Shown in pieces: positions 47,865-56,641 of a stretch of DNA of 64,000 nt. The number at the start of each line of letters is the position of its first letter. The first letter of the stretch is position 1. The DNA is from an uncultured virus (IMG/VR IMGVR_UViG_2579779031_000002) (lineage: Duplodnaviria; Heunggongvirae; Uroviricota; Caudoviricetes), in the IMG/VR virus record IMGVR_UViG_2579779031_000002, positions 1-64,000 of that record; one strand, 5' to 3'. Made by a program: the position numbers and the translations under genes. Below the pieces are notes generated by a model, which searched no databases, was not told where the DNA came from, and worked only from the letters and a program-made list of their open reading frames with translations.

Positions 47865-48806
47865 TTAATGCACTTCAAAAGCTGTAAGCAGCCATGCATT
47901 ACTACCTTCTCGCTTAATCAATGACGCTTCATGCGAATTAAATACAATATTTATTCTTGTAGATAATCCACGTTCTGTACGCCGTTGTGTACTACCTTGA
48001 GCGATTGTTTGCACAATAGTATCCACAAGCATATGCACAACTTCATCATATGTCATGCCATCACTTTCCATACGGCGCTTGATAATATGCTTAATGCCCT
48101 GTTTATCACTGCCATACTCAAAATCCACCCAGCCTAAATCATTACGATACATAGCTCTATGCACTGTGGTTTTTTCCATAATGGCTTTGTTCATTGCAGC
48201 TTTACCACGTGTGATATTTGCTGTAACTGATTTGATTGGACTCGCACTATCAAATTCAGGCTTTCCCAGATCGGATTGACCAGCCTCCGAACTTATACCA
48301 AGTTGCTGCTTTGCTTGTTCAATTTGTTCTTTCAGCTGGTCACGGTGTGCTGATTGTTTAGCTAAATCTTCATCAAGCTTTTGCTCTTGTTCTTCGACCT
48401 CTTTAATTTTCTGATCTACAGAAGTACGGCGCGGCGGTAAGCTTACTTTTTCCCGCTTATTTTGTTCTTGGATTTTAGATTGTGCTTCACGGATAAGTTT
48501 AGCGACACAACTCACGGCGTTTTCAAATGTTGGTTTATAGTCATCACTAAAATCACCAGATAACACAATAACTTTGTCATTAAGCTCTGCCTTCACAACA
48601 TCTGCTAAAGCACGAACATAAAGTGTGAGCGTAGCGCCACCTGAAAAGAAAAATGCAACTGGTAAAACGCTAACACCAGCAACACGCTTAATTTTGCGAA
48701 ATTCTGGTGTAACGATGGTTTGGCCTGTTGCTTTTTCTAATGCCGATTGAATCTTTTTAATGTATGGAGTAGTAGCTGTAACAGCTGCAAGATTAAGACT
48801 GCCCAT
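47865..48806 (-). CDS. Hdf/DarA_N-like protein fused to C-terminal BECR (barnase/colicin E5/RelE-like) nuclease domain
   Basis: KRVAGVSVLPVAFFFSGG..L.L; coiled coil; DLGWVDFEYG...GIKHII..R...WLLTAF. Confidence 0.7.
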   Translation of the reverse strand: MGSLNLAAVTATTPYIKKIQSALEKATGQTIVTPEFRKIKRVAGVSVLPVAFFFSGGATLTLYVRALADVVKAELNDKVIVLSGDFSDDYKPTFENAVSCVAKLIREAQSKIQEQNKREKVSLPPRRTSVDQKIKEVEEQEQKLDEDLAKQSAHRDQLKEQIEQAKQQLGISSEAGQSDLGKPEFDSASPIKSVTANITRGKAAMNKAIMEKTTVHRAMYRNDLGWVDFEYGSDKQGIKHIIKRRMESDGMTYDEVVHMLVDTIVQTIAQGSTQRRTERGLSTRINIVFNSHEASLIKREGSNAWLLTAFEVH

Positions 48807-48833
48807 AAAAAATAACCTCATTTATATAAGGTT

Positions 48834-48874
48834 ATTTTCAAGTGTCGGAAAAGATTGAAATGAGAAGAGTTCCA
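48834..48874 (-). promoter_or_regulatory. TGGAAC-N29-GAAAAT putative late promoter with hairpin
   Basis: TGGAAC 48874-48869; AAAATAACCT/AGGTTATTTT; ATG 48806. Confidence 0.8.
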
Positions 48875-48996
48875 GTCAAAAAATTTTTAATGTGATGAAT
48901 AATATAGATTTCACATTTCTATAATCAGTTTTATTCAGAATTGACATGCTTGTAAACTAATGAGGCTTTTACAACAAGTTAATCTCGGAATATATA

Positions 48997-49785
48997 ATGA
49001 ATAAATTCAACTTCAAAAAATTTGGTGGATCCATATTTGTTGGTATTGTCACATTTTTAATATGTACTATTCTTAGTGATCAAATTTTCCCTTGGTTTAC
49101 GGCTCAAGGAGTTAAATACTCTAGTACCTTTAACACTCTAGTCTTTATCTCTGTTTCCACCCATGATCTAGTTGCCTTGCAACAATCTACTCACTTGTTA
49201 GTGGCAATATTTTCCTTATCTTTTTTTATTCTACTGTTTGCTGGAACTTACTTAGTTATGCTCTACTTTAGGAAAGAATATGAGGATTCAAAATCTAGAC
49301 TGTATGAACTTCAAGGCAAGGTCTTAAATGCAGAAAAAGAAAAAGTGAAAGAAGAAATTACTTCAGAACAGCTTCTTCAAAAAATCAATACCTCGATAAA
49401 TGACGCTGAAAAAAGTGACAAATTTTTTAATAAGTTTTTTATAGCAGCAAAGTATCTTCTACCAATTTTTATTATCTTTTGTATTTATAACGCTACGTAT
49501 GCAACAGTAACATCCAAGTACGTATATGAATCAATTTCTTACTTTGATTATCTCTTAAAGGTTAATGCTGCTAGTTTAGATGAACAAACTGAGCGATCTT
49601 ACATGACTAGATTTACTCAAATACGAAGCAGTCAAGATTATAAGAAAATTATTTTAGAGCTTGAAAAATTAGCCTTATCCTGTGGACGTTCATTCGTTCC
49701 TAACCCTACTGTGAGATCACAAGAAGATGTACATAAAGACCATCCTAGCTCTAAATCTATAAATGCACTTGATAATGAAGAGTAG
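48997..49785 (+). CDS. Accessory membrane protein (3 TM + coiled coil)
   Basis: Hydrophobic segments; opposite strand; low GC. Confidence 0.75.
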   Translation: MNKFNFKKFGGSIFVGIVTFLICTILSDQIFPWFTAQGVKYSSTFNTLVFISVSTHDLVALQQSTHLLVAIFSLSFFILLFAGTYLVMLYFRKEYEDSKSRLYELQGKVLNAEKEKVKEEITSEQLLQKINTSINDAEKSDKFFNKFFIAAKYLLPIFIIFCIYNATYATVTSKYVYESISYFDYLLKVNAASLDEQTERSYMTRFTQIRSSQDYKKIILELEKLALSCGRSFVPNPTVRSQEDVHKDHPSSKSINALDNEE

Positions 49786-49828
49786 CCATGCAACACACTA
49801 AAGTTTTTTAAACACTTTCCAAAAAATA

Positions 49829-49850
49829 AGCCAGCTAACTCGCTGGCTTT
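49829..49850. terminator. Terminator between convergent accessory genes
   Basis: AAGCCAGC-taactc-GCTGGCTT. Confidence 0.75.
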
Positions 49851-49890
49851 CTTATACATGGAATTCAAATTTAGAAAATTTATAGTGATA

Positions 49891-50700
49891 TTAAAAATAA
49901 CTCATCACTATTAGTTTATTAAATTGTGAAGCACAAAATTTACTGTCATCTACTTTATATGAATCACGCAACCATTGAGGTACATTTTTAAAGTTATTAA
50001 AATCAAAAGTAGAGGGAATTTTATTCCAAAACTTTTCAATCGCTGAAGCCAATTCTATCAAGTCTCTATCTGAGATGATTAAATCTTCATGATCATAATA
50101 ATCTGGAATACTAGAAGTAGGACTATTTGGATCAAAATCACGAATATACTTAGGATATTCTTTTTTCAAATCATTGAATGAATTACCATTTCCATGCTTA
50201 TAAACATTCACTATCAATCGAATTGCTTCTAGATCTTGATAAAAATCTTCTTGTTTGATATCCCACCCAAGCCCTTTAAAAAAAGAAAATATTCGGGAAT
50301 TACCAGGTTTCCAAAGTTCTAGTTTAAATGATTCTCTACATTTCCAAAATCTTGATTCTCTTGTTAGCCAGACTCTTAAATCCTTTTCCCATTTATGATA
50401 AAGCCCTGAAAGAATGGATAATCTTGTGTGATCTTGTAGCTCATATAAATTTAAACCATATTCAAGCCCAATGTCGTTTGCTTTCTCGTATATATCAGCT
50501 GGATCATCATAATCAGGATCAAAAGGATATTCGTTATTCTCAAGCCAATCGTTTGCGAACTTGTCAGCTTCCTCTTCAATATTTTCAAACTGAGACATAA
50601 GCTTAGAAACACCCTGCTCAAGGTAAAACTTATGGTTTTTAATTAAATAATTTCTCTCGACTCCCCACATTTCTAAAATTCTCATATGTTGCTTGTTCAC
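49891..50700 (-). CDS. Accessory protein, possibly HEPN-like
   Basis: LYHKWEK and IRLIVNVYKHG motifs; TATAAT at 50745-50740. Confidence 0.6.
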   Translation of the reverse strand: MNKQHMRILEMWGVERNYLIKNHKFYLEQGVSKLMSQFENIEEEADKFANDWLENNEYPFDPDYDDPADIYEKANDIGLEYGLNLYELQDHTRLSILSGLYHKWEKDLRVWLTRESRFWKCRESFKLELWKPGNSRIFSFFKGLGWDIKQEDFYQDLEAIRLIVNVYKHGNGNSFNDLKKEYPKYIRDFDPNSPTSSIPDYYDHEDLIISDRDLIELASAIEKFWNKIPSTFDFNNFKNVPQWLRDSYKVDDSKFCASQFNKLIVMSYF

Positions 50701-50751
50701 CCAAAACTTATCAATTCTTATTAATAATAATACTTTATGATTATAAATGTT

Positions 50752-50781
50752 AAAAAAGCCAGCTTAATAACTGGCTTTTTT
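50752..50781. terminator. Bidirectional terminator after antirepressor
   Basis: AAAAAAGCCAG-N-CTGGCTTTTTT. Confidence 0.85.
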
Positions 50782-50825
50782 ATTTGGGGAGTCCAATTTA
50801 GACATCTTAATATTTTGATAAGCCC

Positions 50826-51728
50826 TTATCGATTAACAGTTTCGAAAGGAAAGCGTTTTAAGACTTTACCAAGTTCAAGCACCTCATCTTTATGAAGAAA
50901 ATCCCATAAATCATTAAAATTTTCTCTAAGTTGCACAACATTTACTGGAGTGTGGTGTAATGAATGTTGCTGTACAGAAACTGCGCCGTTTTCTTGAATT
51001 GAGACCCAAAAGTTTTTAGGACCAGTTGAAGATTGGTACTTTAGCTTCTCGCTTACCTGCTGTGCAATTTCATAAGCCAACGGGTTCTCAAGAGCTGGAT
51101 AACGTGCAGCTAGATTCTCTACAAACTTCTCTAACCGTTGTAACGTATCTGTTTCAGTCGGAGCTAATTCTTGAAGTGGTATCGTTTCAAGGTACTGCTT
51201 CGCATCCTCATAATGAATTGAAAGCAATTGGCTATATTTAGTTATGCCGAAATGTCTGTTATGACGTATCCACATTGAAATTCTTAAACTTCGATCCCTT
51301 CCTGCACGGCGGTCAACTATTTCGAGTAATCTTTGTTGTTGCTCTGGGGAAATGGTTAGTCGCTTGTTTATTGCATGGCCTTGTATCCAGTAGTTCCACA
51401 AAACATCATCACATTCTTGTTGATACATGATTACTGTGTCACGAATCTCAGGTTTAACTTTACCTGGCATTATTGAATAGAACCAAGCGGGAAGTTTACG
51501 CAACAATAAACAAATCATTGTTTGTAACCCACCATTGGAAGGTATTGTGATTTCCACAATACCTTTTTCAAATCTTTGTTTTAATTTAATAAATTGGGAT
51601 GCCCAATCCATCCCCATACCATCAACAATAGGTTTCATCGGGGTATAAGGTTGTCCTTCATGTTCAACAATGAAGAGTTCGGTGCCATGAAATGACACAA
51701 TTTGCGGTATATATGATAGATTAGACAT
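50826..51728 (-). CDS. ant: Phage antirepressor (P22 Ant N-terminal domain)
   Basis: VSFHGTEL...PYTPMKPIVDGMGMDWASQ...YQQECDDVLWNYW; AAGGA RBS. Confidence 0.9.
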   Translation of the reverse strand: MSNLSYIPQIVSFHGTELFIVEHEGQPYTPMKPIVDGMGMDWASQFIKLKQRFEKGIVEITIPSNGGLQTMICLLLRKLPAWFYSIMPGKVKPEIRDTVIMYQQECDDVLWNYWIQGHAINKRLTISPEQQQRLLEIVDRRAGRDRSLRISMWIRHNRHFGITKYSQLLSIHYEDAKQYLETIPLQELAPTETDTLQRLEKFVENLAARYPALENPLAYEIAQQVSEKLKYQSSTGPKNFWVSIQENGAVSVQQHSLHHTPVNVVQLRENFNDLWDFLHKDEVLELGKVLKRFPFETVNR

Positions 51729-51818
51729 ATCAATATCCTTTCCAAACGGTTGTTGATAAAAGCCCCGATTTTGATCCGCCAAGATTGTTCGGGGCTTTTT
51801 TGTCACTAAAAATAGTAA

Positions 51819-51860
51819 CATTGACACAAATATAGTGTATAACTAAAATTAGTGTCAATG
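51819..51860. promoter_or_regulatory. Overlapping opposed sigma70 promoters within inverted repeat
   Basis: Plus TTGACA-N17-TAAAAT (51821-51849); minus TTGACA-N18-TATATT (51858-51829); CATTGACAC/GTGTCAATG. Confidence 0.8.
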
Positions 51861-51878
51861 ATTATTTTAGGATCAGTC

Positions 51879-52637
51879 ATGAGCCGTGAGAAACAAGAAG
51901 AATGGAAGCGTACGCAAATTCGTATACCAGAAAATCTTTACGATGAAGTTATAAGATACGCAGATAAAAATGATCTATCTTTTAATTCAGCGATGCTTGA
52001 ATTAATGGAAAAAGGTTTGCAGTTAAAAACTGATTTAGGAGAAATTGTAGAAGAATTTTCTCAGCAAATTATTCAACAAAAACACGTACGTGAAGAATTA
52101 GCCAAAAAATATTTACCACATACTCGAATTGAAAATGCTGCTTATAGTGAAAATGAAGGTTTTATTGCGATTAGATATAAAGAAAGTAATACAACTCAGA
52201 ACTGTAGCAATCTTCTTGATTATTTAAATATGCCTGAATGTATCCAAGTAGTTCTATTTGCAACTTCAGACAAACCTAATAATGGATATAGCCGAAATGA
52301 TGGACCAGAGACAAATTTGCCTTTAATGGGAGCACTTGCTCTAGTAGAACTCCATAATCAAAAAGCATATGTAATTTTTGATGGATTATTTTTAACAGCT
52401 CAGCGCTACCCTAGATATAAAGAAGTTAAAGCAATATTAGATTGCTCTATAAGCTCTAATAAAGCTTATTTCATCAATGAACCAGTACCATTTACATCAA
52501 GTTGGAATCCAGTGAATGCTGTTTCACAATTAATTCACTACCCTAAACAAAAATTAACTTTAGAAACTCGAAGTCAATACTACCGTTTACTAAGCCACTA
52601 TTCTGAAAAAGAATTTGAGGACATATATAATTCATGA
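51879..52637 (+). CDS. Arc/Mnt-like ribbon-helix-helix protein with C-terminal extension
   Basis: KRTQIRIPENLYDEV..YA...LSFNSAM.EL..KGL; AGGA RBS; divergent from ant. Confidence 0.8.
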   Translation: MSREKQEEWKRTQIRIPENLYDEVIRYADKNDLSFNSAMLELMEKGLQLKTDLGEIVEEFSQQIIQQKHVREELAKKYLPHTRIENAAYSENEGFIAIRYKESNTTQNCSNLLDYLNMPECIQVVLFATSDKPNNGYSRNDGPETNLPLMGALALVELHNQKAYVIFDGLFLTAQRYPRYKEVKAILDCSISSNKAYFINEPVPFTSSWNPVNAVSQLIHYPKQKLTLETRSQYYRLLSHYSEKEFEDIYNS

Positions 52638-52646
52638 AGACAATTA

Positions 52647-52673
52647 AAAGGGATTGATTACCTCAATCCCTTT
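52647..52673. terminator. Terminator between convergent genes
   Basis: AAAGGGATTGA-ttacc-TCAATCCCTTT. Confidence 0.8.
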
Positions 52674-52679
52674 GAAAAA

Positions 52680-53066
52680 TTACAAGCAACCAGGTTCGTT
52701 ACCGGATCTGCACTCTTGCATATCTTGTAATTCTTTAATTCGCGTTTCTGTCTTTTCAACTAAACATGCATTATGTACAAATGGGTATAAAGAGCCCTTT
52801 AGAACAGGTGAAGATTGAAATTGGCAATCTTTTTCTTTGTATTGAATCCAAGCTCTTTGAGCTTCTTTCAATTGAAGTTTCTCTGTTGGGCTAAGCTCCT
52901 TCATATAATTTGCATAAACGGTATTAATTTTCTGATTGGCAGAATTCAAAACATTTGATGAGCAATTATTTAAAGCCGATTGATTTGGCAAATTTGAGCA
53001 TTTATCTATTCCAGCAAAAGCAACTGAACAAGTAATAGTACTCATAATTAAAAAAGTAATTCTCAT
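52680..53066 (-). CDS. LprI (DUF1311)-family lysozyme inhibitor with signal peptide
   Basis: AFA signal end; C..NQ..LN.C; LKEAQRAWIQYKEKDC; CL...T..R..EL. Confidence 0.85.
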   Translation of the reverse strand: MRITFLIMSTITCSVAFAGIDKCSNLPNQSALNNCSSNVLNSANQKINTVYANYMKELSPTEKLQLKEAQRAWIQYKEKDCQFQSSPVLKGSLYPFVHNACLVEKTETRIKELQDMQECRSGNEPGCL

Positions 53067-53070
53067 GAAT

Positions 53071-55326
53071 TTATACATCTAATTTCCCCATACCTATCCC
53101 ACCAGTTAAAGCATGTGCTAGGTACCTATCGTTAACGTTCTGCGAAATATTACCACTACTACCATTAACAACAACGACTTCTTGAGGATTAGGCGTATTA
53201 AGTGGCTGCTTAAATGGTTGAACAGTAGTATTAAATTGTGTCTTAGGTTTTGAATTAACATTTGGTGAATTTTGAGAAGTTGGAAGAATTGCTGGTTTAG
53301 TAGCTAAAACCTGTTTAATTGATTTTCTAGATTCATCTAACCTATTTGAGAAAGATATTTGTTGTTTGTTATCAACTCCAACCTTGTTAATTTCTTCAGA
53401 TGGCTTATGTAAATTATTAGATTTAGAAATTGAATTCTTAATAATATCTGCTTCAGCATTCCGACGCTTAGAGTTGATTCCATTATTATGATGCTGAAGA
53501 TTTCTAACAGAATTAGATATTTCTTCAACATTACCTGTTTTTACAGCCTTAACAACACTTTTTGGTAATGCACCATAGTTGTATGCAACAGAAGTTAAAG
53601 CAGCTTGAGTGTCCATAGGTAAGTTATCCCAAACCTTTTCTCCAACCTTATTCCTTGCTTCAGCTGCAAATATTCGTGTACGGCGGGCTAAATCCCTTTC
53701 AGCATCTGATTTTTTGACCTTGGTATTTGCAGTTACCTTTCTAATGTTACCCTGTTCATCTGTCACTGTATCACTACCATATCCCACACGGTGAGCATTC
53801 ACATCCCAATAGGCAGTATCATTGTATCCTTCGAATTTACGTAACAAACTACTAGCTCTTTCTACAGTATTTTTACCTATCATTTCCAAAGCTTTAGTAT
53901 TAGTTGCTCCATAAGCAGCTACATTTTTATTTGCACCAAAGCCTGGCTTATAAACGCCTTGACCGATTCCCCAAGTTGGAACGCCGTCATGGAATGGATT
54001 AAATCGATTAAATTTATCCTTAATGAAATCTAAGGTATCACCTGCAGTATCTTTAACGCCGTCTACAACTTTTGAAGCAGTGCCTTTCGCCTGATCAAAA
54101 GCATTAGATGCATAGCTTACAAATCCCTTCCAAGCAGTATTAATGATATCTGGTACATTTGCAGCAATTAATGAATCCGTCCATTCTTTAAAATACGGCG
54201 CAACTGCGGTACCAAGTTTATTACCAATCCAAGATCCAGCCATACCACCAATCAAGGTACCAGCTGGGCCAAATATGGATCCTACCGTACCACCAATCAC
54301 GCCCCCAGCAAGACTTCCGACCGTACCGCCCTTTTCTTGAGTACTTTGTTCATTCCAATCTAACAATGATGCACCAGCAGCCAATGCACCAATTACAGGC
54401 AAACCACGGCCAAACTTGAGAAGTTTACCCAAGCCCTTTCCTAATTTCCCTACACCTTTCTTTCCTTTACCTAGGGCACCGCCTAACAGCCCACTACCAG
54501 CTGATAGGGCTGTAGTAAGTAATTTCCCTATAGAGCCAAGCAAACCGCCTCTAGAAGCTAAATTATCAGCTATACGCTGCAATAGTTTTATTTGGTTGCG
54601 GTTATGATTTTCTTGTTCTCGCGGTAAAGGTTCATTCCGTTTTCTACTTCGCATAAAACCTGTTAATGGTCGCATGGCTAAACCAGCAGCACGGCGTACA
54701 GGTGAAAGTAAGTGACCAACTTCATTTATTGCATCAACTGTAGGATCAACACCTTGTGGTGAGTTCGGCATCACACCTTTTACCGCCGTGGTAATAGTTT
54801 GTGCAACTTTGCTAATAGCGGATTGGTTTTTAACATCATCTTGATTAGAAACAAAACGCCCTTTCTCATCACGTTCTGGTGTTGATGAGCTTACGATCTT
54901 ACCCAAATCTTCATGACTATTAATTTCTATAGCTGGCTTTTGTACCTTAGGTTGGTTGATTCGTTCTTTATTTGCTGAATTAAGGTCACTAACTGATTGC
55001 TCTAATACATCAGCAAAGTCTTTCACAAACTTGTCGGCTACAACAAAAGACTGCGTGATAGGATTTGCTTTTTCTTTTAATAAATCTTCAAAGTCTAAAG
55101 CTGGTCTATTATTGACAGCATTAAGCATCTTTTGAAATTCAGTCAGTTTTGGCTGAGGCTTAGCAAACTGGGCTTTTTGCTCTTCAAAGCTTTGAGTAAG
55201 TATTTCGATAATCTTTTCAATATTTGAATCAATCGTACTTACTTTTTTTTCAACTCGTTTCATACCGATGATAAAGCCAAGATCATCGTAGGATAAAACT
55301 GGTTTATTGTGATTTAAATCTGTCAT
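53071..55326 (-). CDS. Tape-measure-like protein with GH24-like lysozyme domain
   Basis: Gly-rich hydrophobic middle; LRKFEG...AYWD...VGYG...ALTSVAYNYG...RRNAE. Confidence 0.8.
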   Translation of the reverse strand: MTDLNHNKPVLSYDDLGFIIGMKRVEKKVSTIDSNIEKIIEILTQSFEEQKAQFAKPQPKLTEFQKMLNAVNNRPALDFEDLLKEKANPITQSFVVADKFVKDFADVLEQSVSDLNSANKERINQPKVQKPAIEINSHEDLGKIVSSSTPERDEKGRFVSNQDDVKNQSAISKVAQTITTAVKGVMPNSPQGVDPTVDAINEVGHLLSPVRRAAGLAMRPLTGFMRSRKRNEPLPREQENHNRNQIKLLQRIADNLASRGGLLGSIGKLLTTALSAGSGLLGGALGKGKKGVGKLGKGLGKLLKFGRGLPVIGALAAGASLLDWNEQSTQEKGGTVGSLAGGVIGGTVGSIFGPAGTLIGGMAGSWIGNKLGTAVAPYFKEWTDSLIAANVPDIINTAWKGFVSYASNAFDQAKGTASKVVDGVKDTAGDTLDFIKDKFNRFNPFHDGVPTWGIGQGVYKPGFGANKNVAAYGATNTKALEMIGKNTVERASSLLRKFEGYNDTAYWDVNAHRVGYGSDTVTDEQGNIRKVTANTKVKKSDAERDLARRTRIFAAEARNKVGEKVWDNLPMDTQAALTSVAYNYGALPKSVVKAVKTGNVEEISNSVRNLQHHNNGINSKRRNAEADIIKNSISKSNNLHKPSEEINKVGVDNKQQISFSNRLDESRKSIKQVLATKPAILPTSQNSPNVNSKPKTQFNTTVQPFKQPLNTPNPQEVVVVNGSSGNISQNVNDRYLAHALTGGIGMGKLDV

Positions 55327-55356
55327 AACGAAAAATGCCCCATATTGATATAAGGC

Positions 55357-55397
55357 ATTTTGAATTATAGATATATTGTGAAAATTTAAGTGTTCCA
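55357..55397 (-). promoter_or_regulatory. TGGAAC-N29-CAAAAT putative late promoter with hairpin
   Basis: TGGAAC 55397-55392; AAAATGCC/GGCATTTT; ATG 55326. Confidence 0.8.
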
Positions 55398-55410
55398 ATT
55401 AATGATCAAA

Positions 55411-55674
55411 TTAAAACTTAATATTTACAATATAATTTTCAGGATGCAAAACATCTAATTCTACGTCATATCCTAAATCAAGAAGAATTTGTTGAAGTTC
55501 AATAACAAGAGCAACTGATGCTCTTGATTTTAATACAGGAAAATGAAGGATCTTTTCCCCTTTTGAAGCTATAGTAGAAATTACAGAACCTACTTCATCC
55601 TTAAGTTCTTCAATAGTATATTGTTTTGCTACTTGTGAAATTCTAGCAGCTTCTGAAGCTGACATAATGCTCAT
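55411..55674 (-). CDS. 87-aa accessory hypothetical protein
   Basis: AT-rich flank; MSASEA...LGYDV pattern. Confidence 0.65.
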   Translation of the reverse strand: MSIMSASEAARISQVAKQYTIEELKDEVGSVISTIASKGEKILHFPVLKSRASVALVIELQQILLDLGYDVELDVLHPENYIVNIKF

Positions 55675-55800
55675 ATTTAACTACTCTTAAAAAATAAAAA
55701 ATTAAACACATTTCTAATATAAAATGCATTTTGCATTATAGTTAGTATTTTAATAATTATTTCTATAGATCTTATTATAATTTAAATATTATTCATCAGT

Positions 55801-56628
55801 TTAATCATCAGGCTCTACTTCACCAGCTTCGACAAGCGCTAGCTTACGCATAAACGCCTCTTCTTTTTTCTTTTTCATATTTGCTTTAGCTATTGCCATT
55901 CTTTCTTCAGCACCCGAAATAACAGAACTACGCCGTGCTTGAACTTCTGACTGGTCTTTAAGATCATCTACATCTAAGCCCCAGAACATTGCTTCTGTCT
56001 TGGCAATGTTAGAAATGCTGATACTTTGCTTAACGTTTAAATCTACAACCTGACATATAAGTCCCATCTTGAATTTAACTAGCGCTAATTGTTCTTCTGT
56101 TGGGTTATTTAGATTCAGTACTTCATCTCTAATATGAATAACACTGTCGATTGTATCAGTAATTAACTCACCTAATTTGTGAGCTCTTATACGGTTATTT
56201 TTTACAACTAATGCGGACTTTAAATAGTTCTCATTGACTGAAGAACTACCGCCGTTGGATTGACCGTTATTTTTGGAGTTTTGACTATTAAATTCAGCTA
56301 TATTTGACGTTTTTTTGACTGAATTTTGACTATTACTTTTTTCTTTATTTTCAGATTCTTGTGACACATCTTGACCATTGTTTTTATTGGTCAATTTTTT
56401 AATCTCTTTATTGAGTTCTCGGGCAGTCTTCTTGACTAGAGATTTAGCTTTCTTTTTCCATTTTTCAGCAAGTGCTTTACGGCGTACTACTGATGGTGAA
56501 GGCATCTCACAACCGAGCTCTTCACCAACATGATCAACTAAACCTTGCCATGTAATCTTAGGTGAAGATTCATAGACTTCTTTTAGTCGGTTCCAAATTT
56601 CTTCCGAATATTCAATCTTGCGTGCCAT
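55801..56628 (-). CDS. HTH-containing protein, possible terminase small subunit
   Basis: W..LKEVYE...VRRKALAEKW N-terminus, helical C-terminus, late operon. Confidence 0.5.
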   Translation of the reverse strand: MARKIEYSEEIWNRLKEVYESSPKITWQGLVDHVGEELGCEMPSPSVVRRKALAEKWKKKAKSLVKKTARELNKEIKKLTNKNNGQDVSQESENKEKSNSQNSVKKTSNIAEFNSQNSKNNGQSNGGSSSVNENYLKSALVVKNNRIRAHKLGELITDTIDSVIHIRDEVLNLNNPTEEQLALVKFKMGLICQVVDLNVKQSISISNIAKTEAMFWGLDVDDLKDQSEVQARRSSVISGAEERMAIAKANMKKKKEEAFMRKLALVEAGEVEPDD

Positions 56629-56641
56629 TTGTGTCTATCCA

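Noticed and set aside
47666..47899. N-terminal extension of ORF 47309..47899
   Set aside because: Runs through the structured element and a TGGAAC promoter; ATG 47665 fits the spacing seen at other promoters
55327..55398. Longer starts for tape measure (55398), Hdf fusion (48821) and ORF 13263
   Set aside because: These starts lie inside or immediately beside the promoter units; the downstream ATGs fit better
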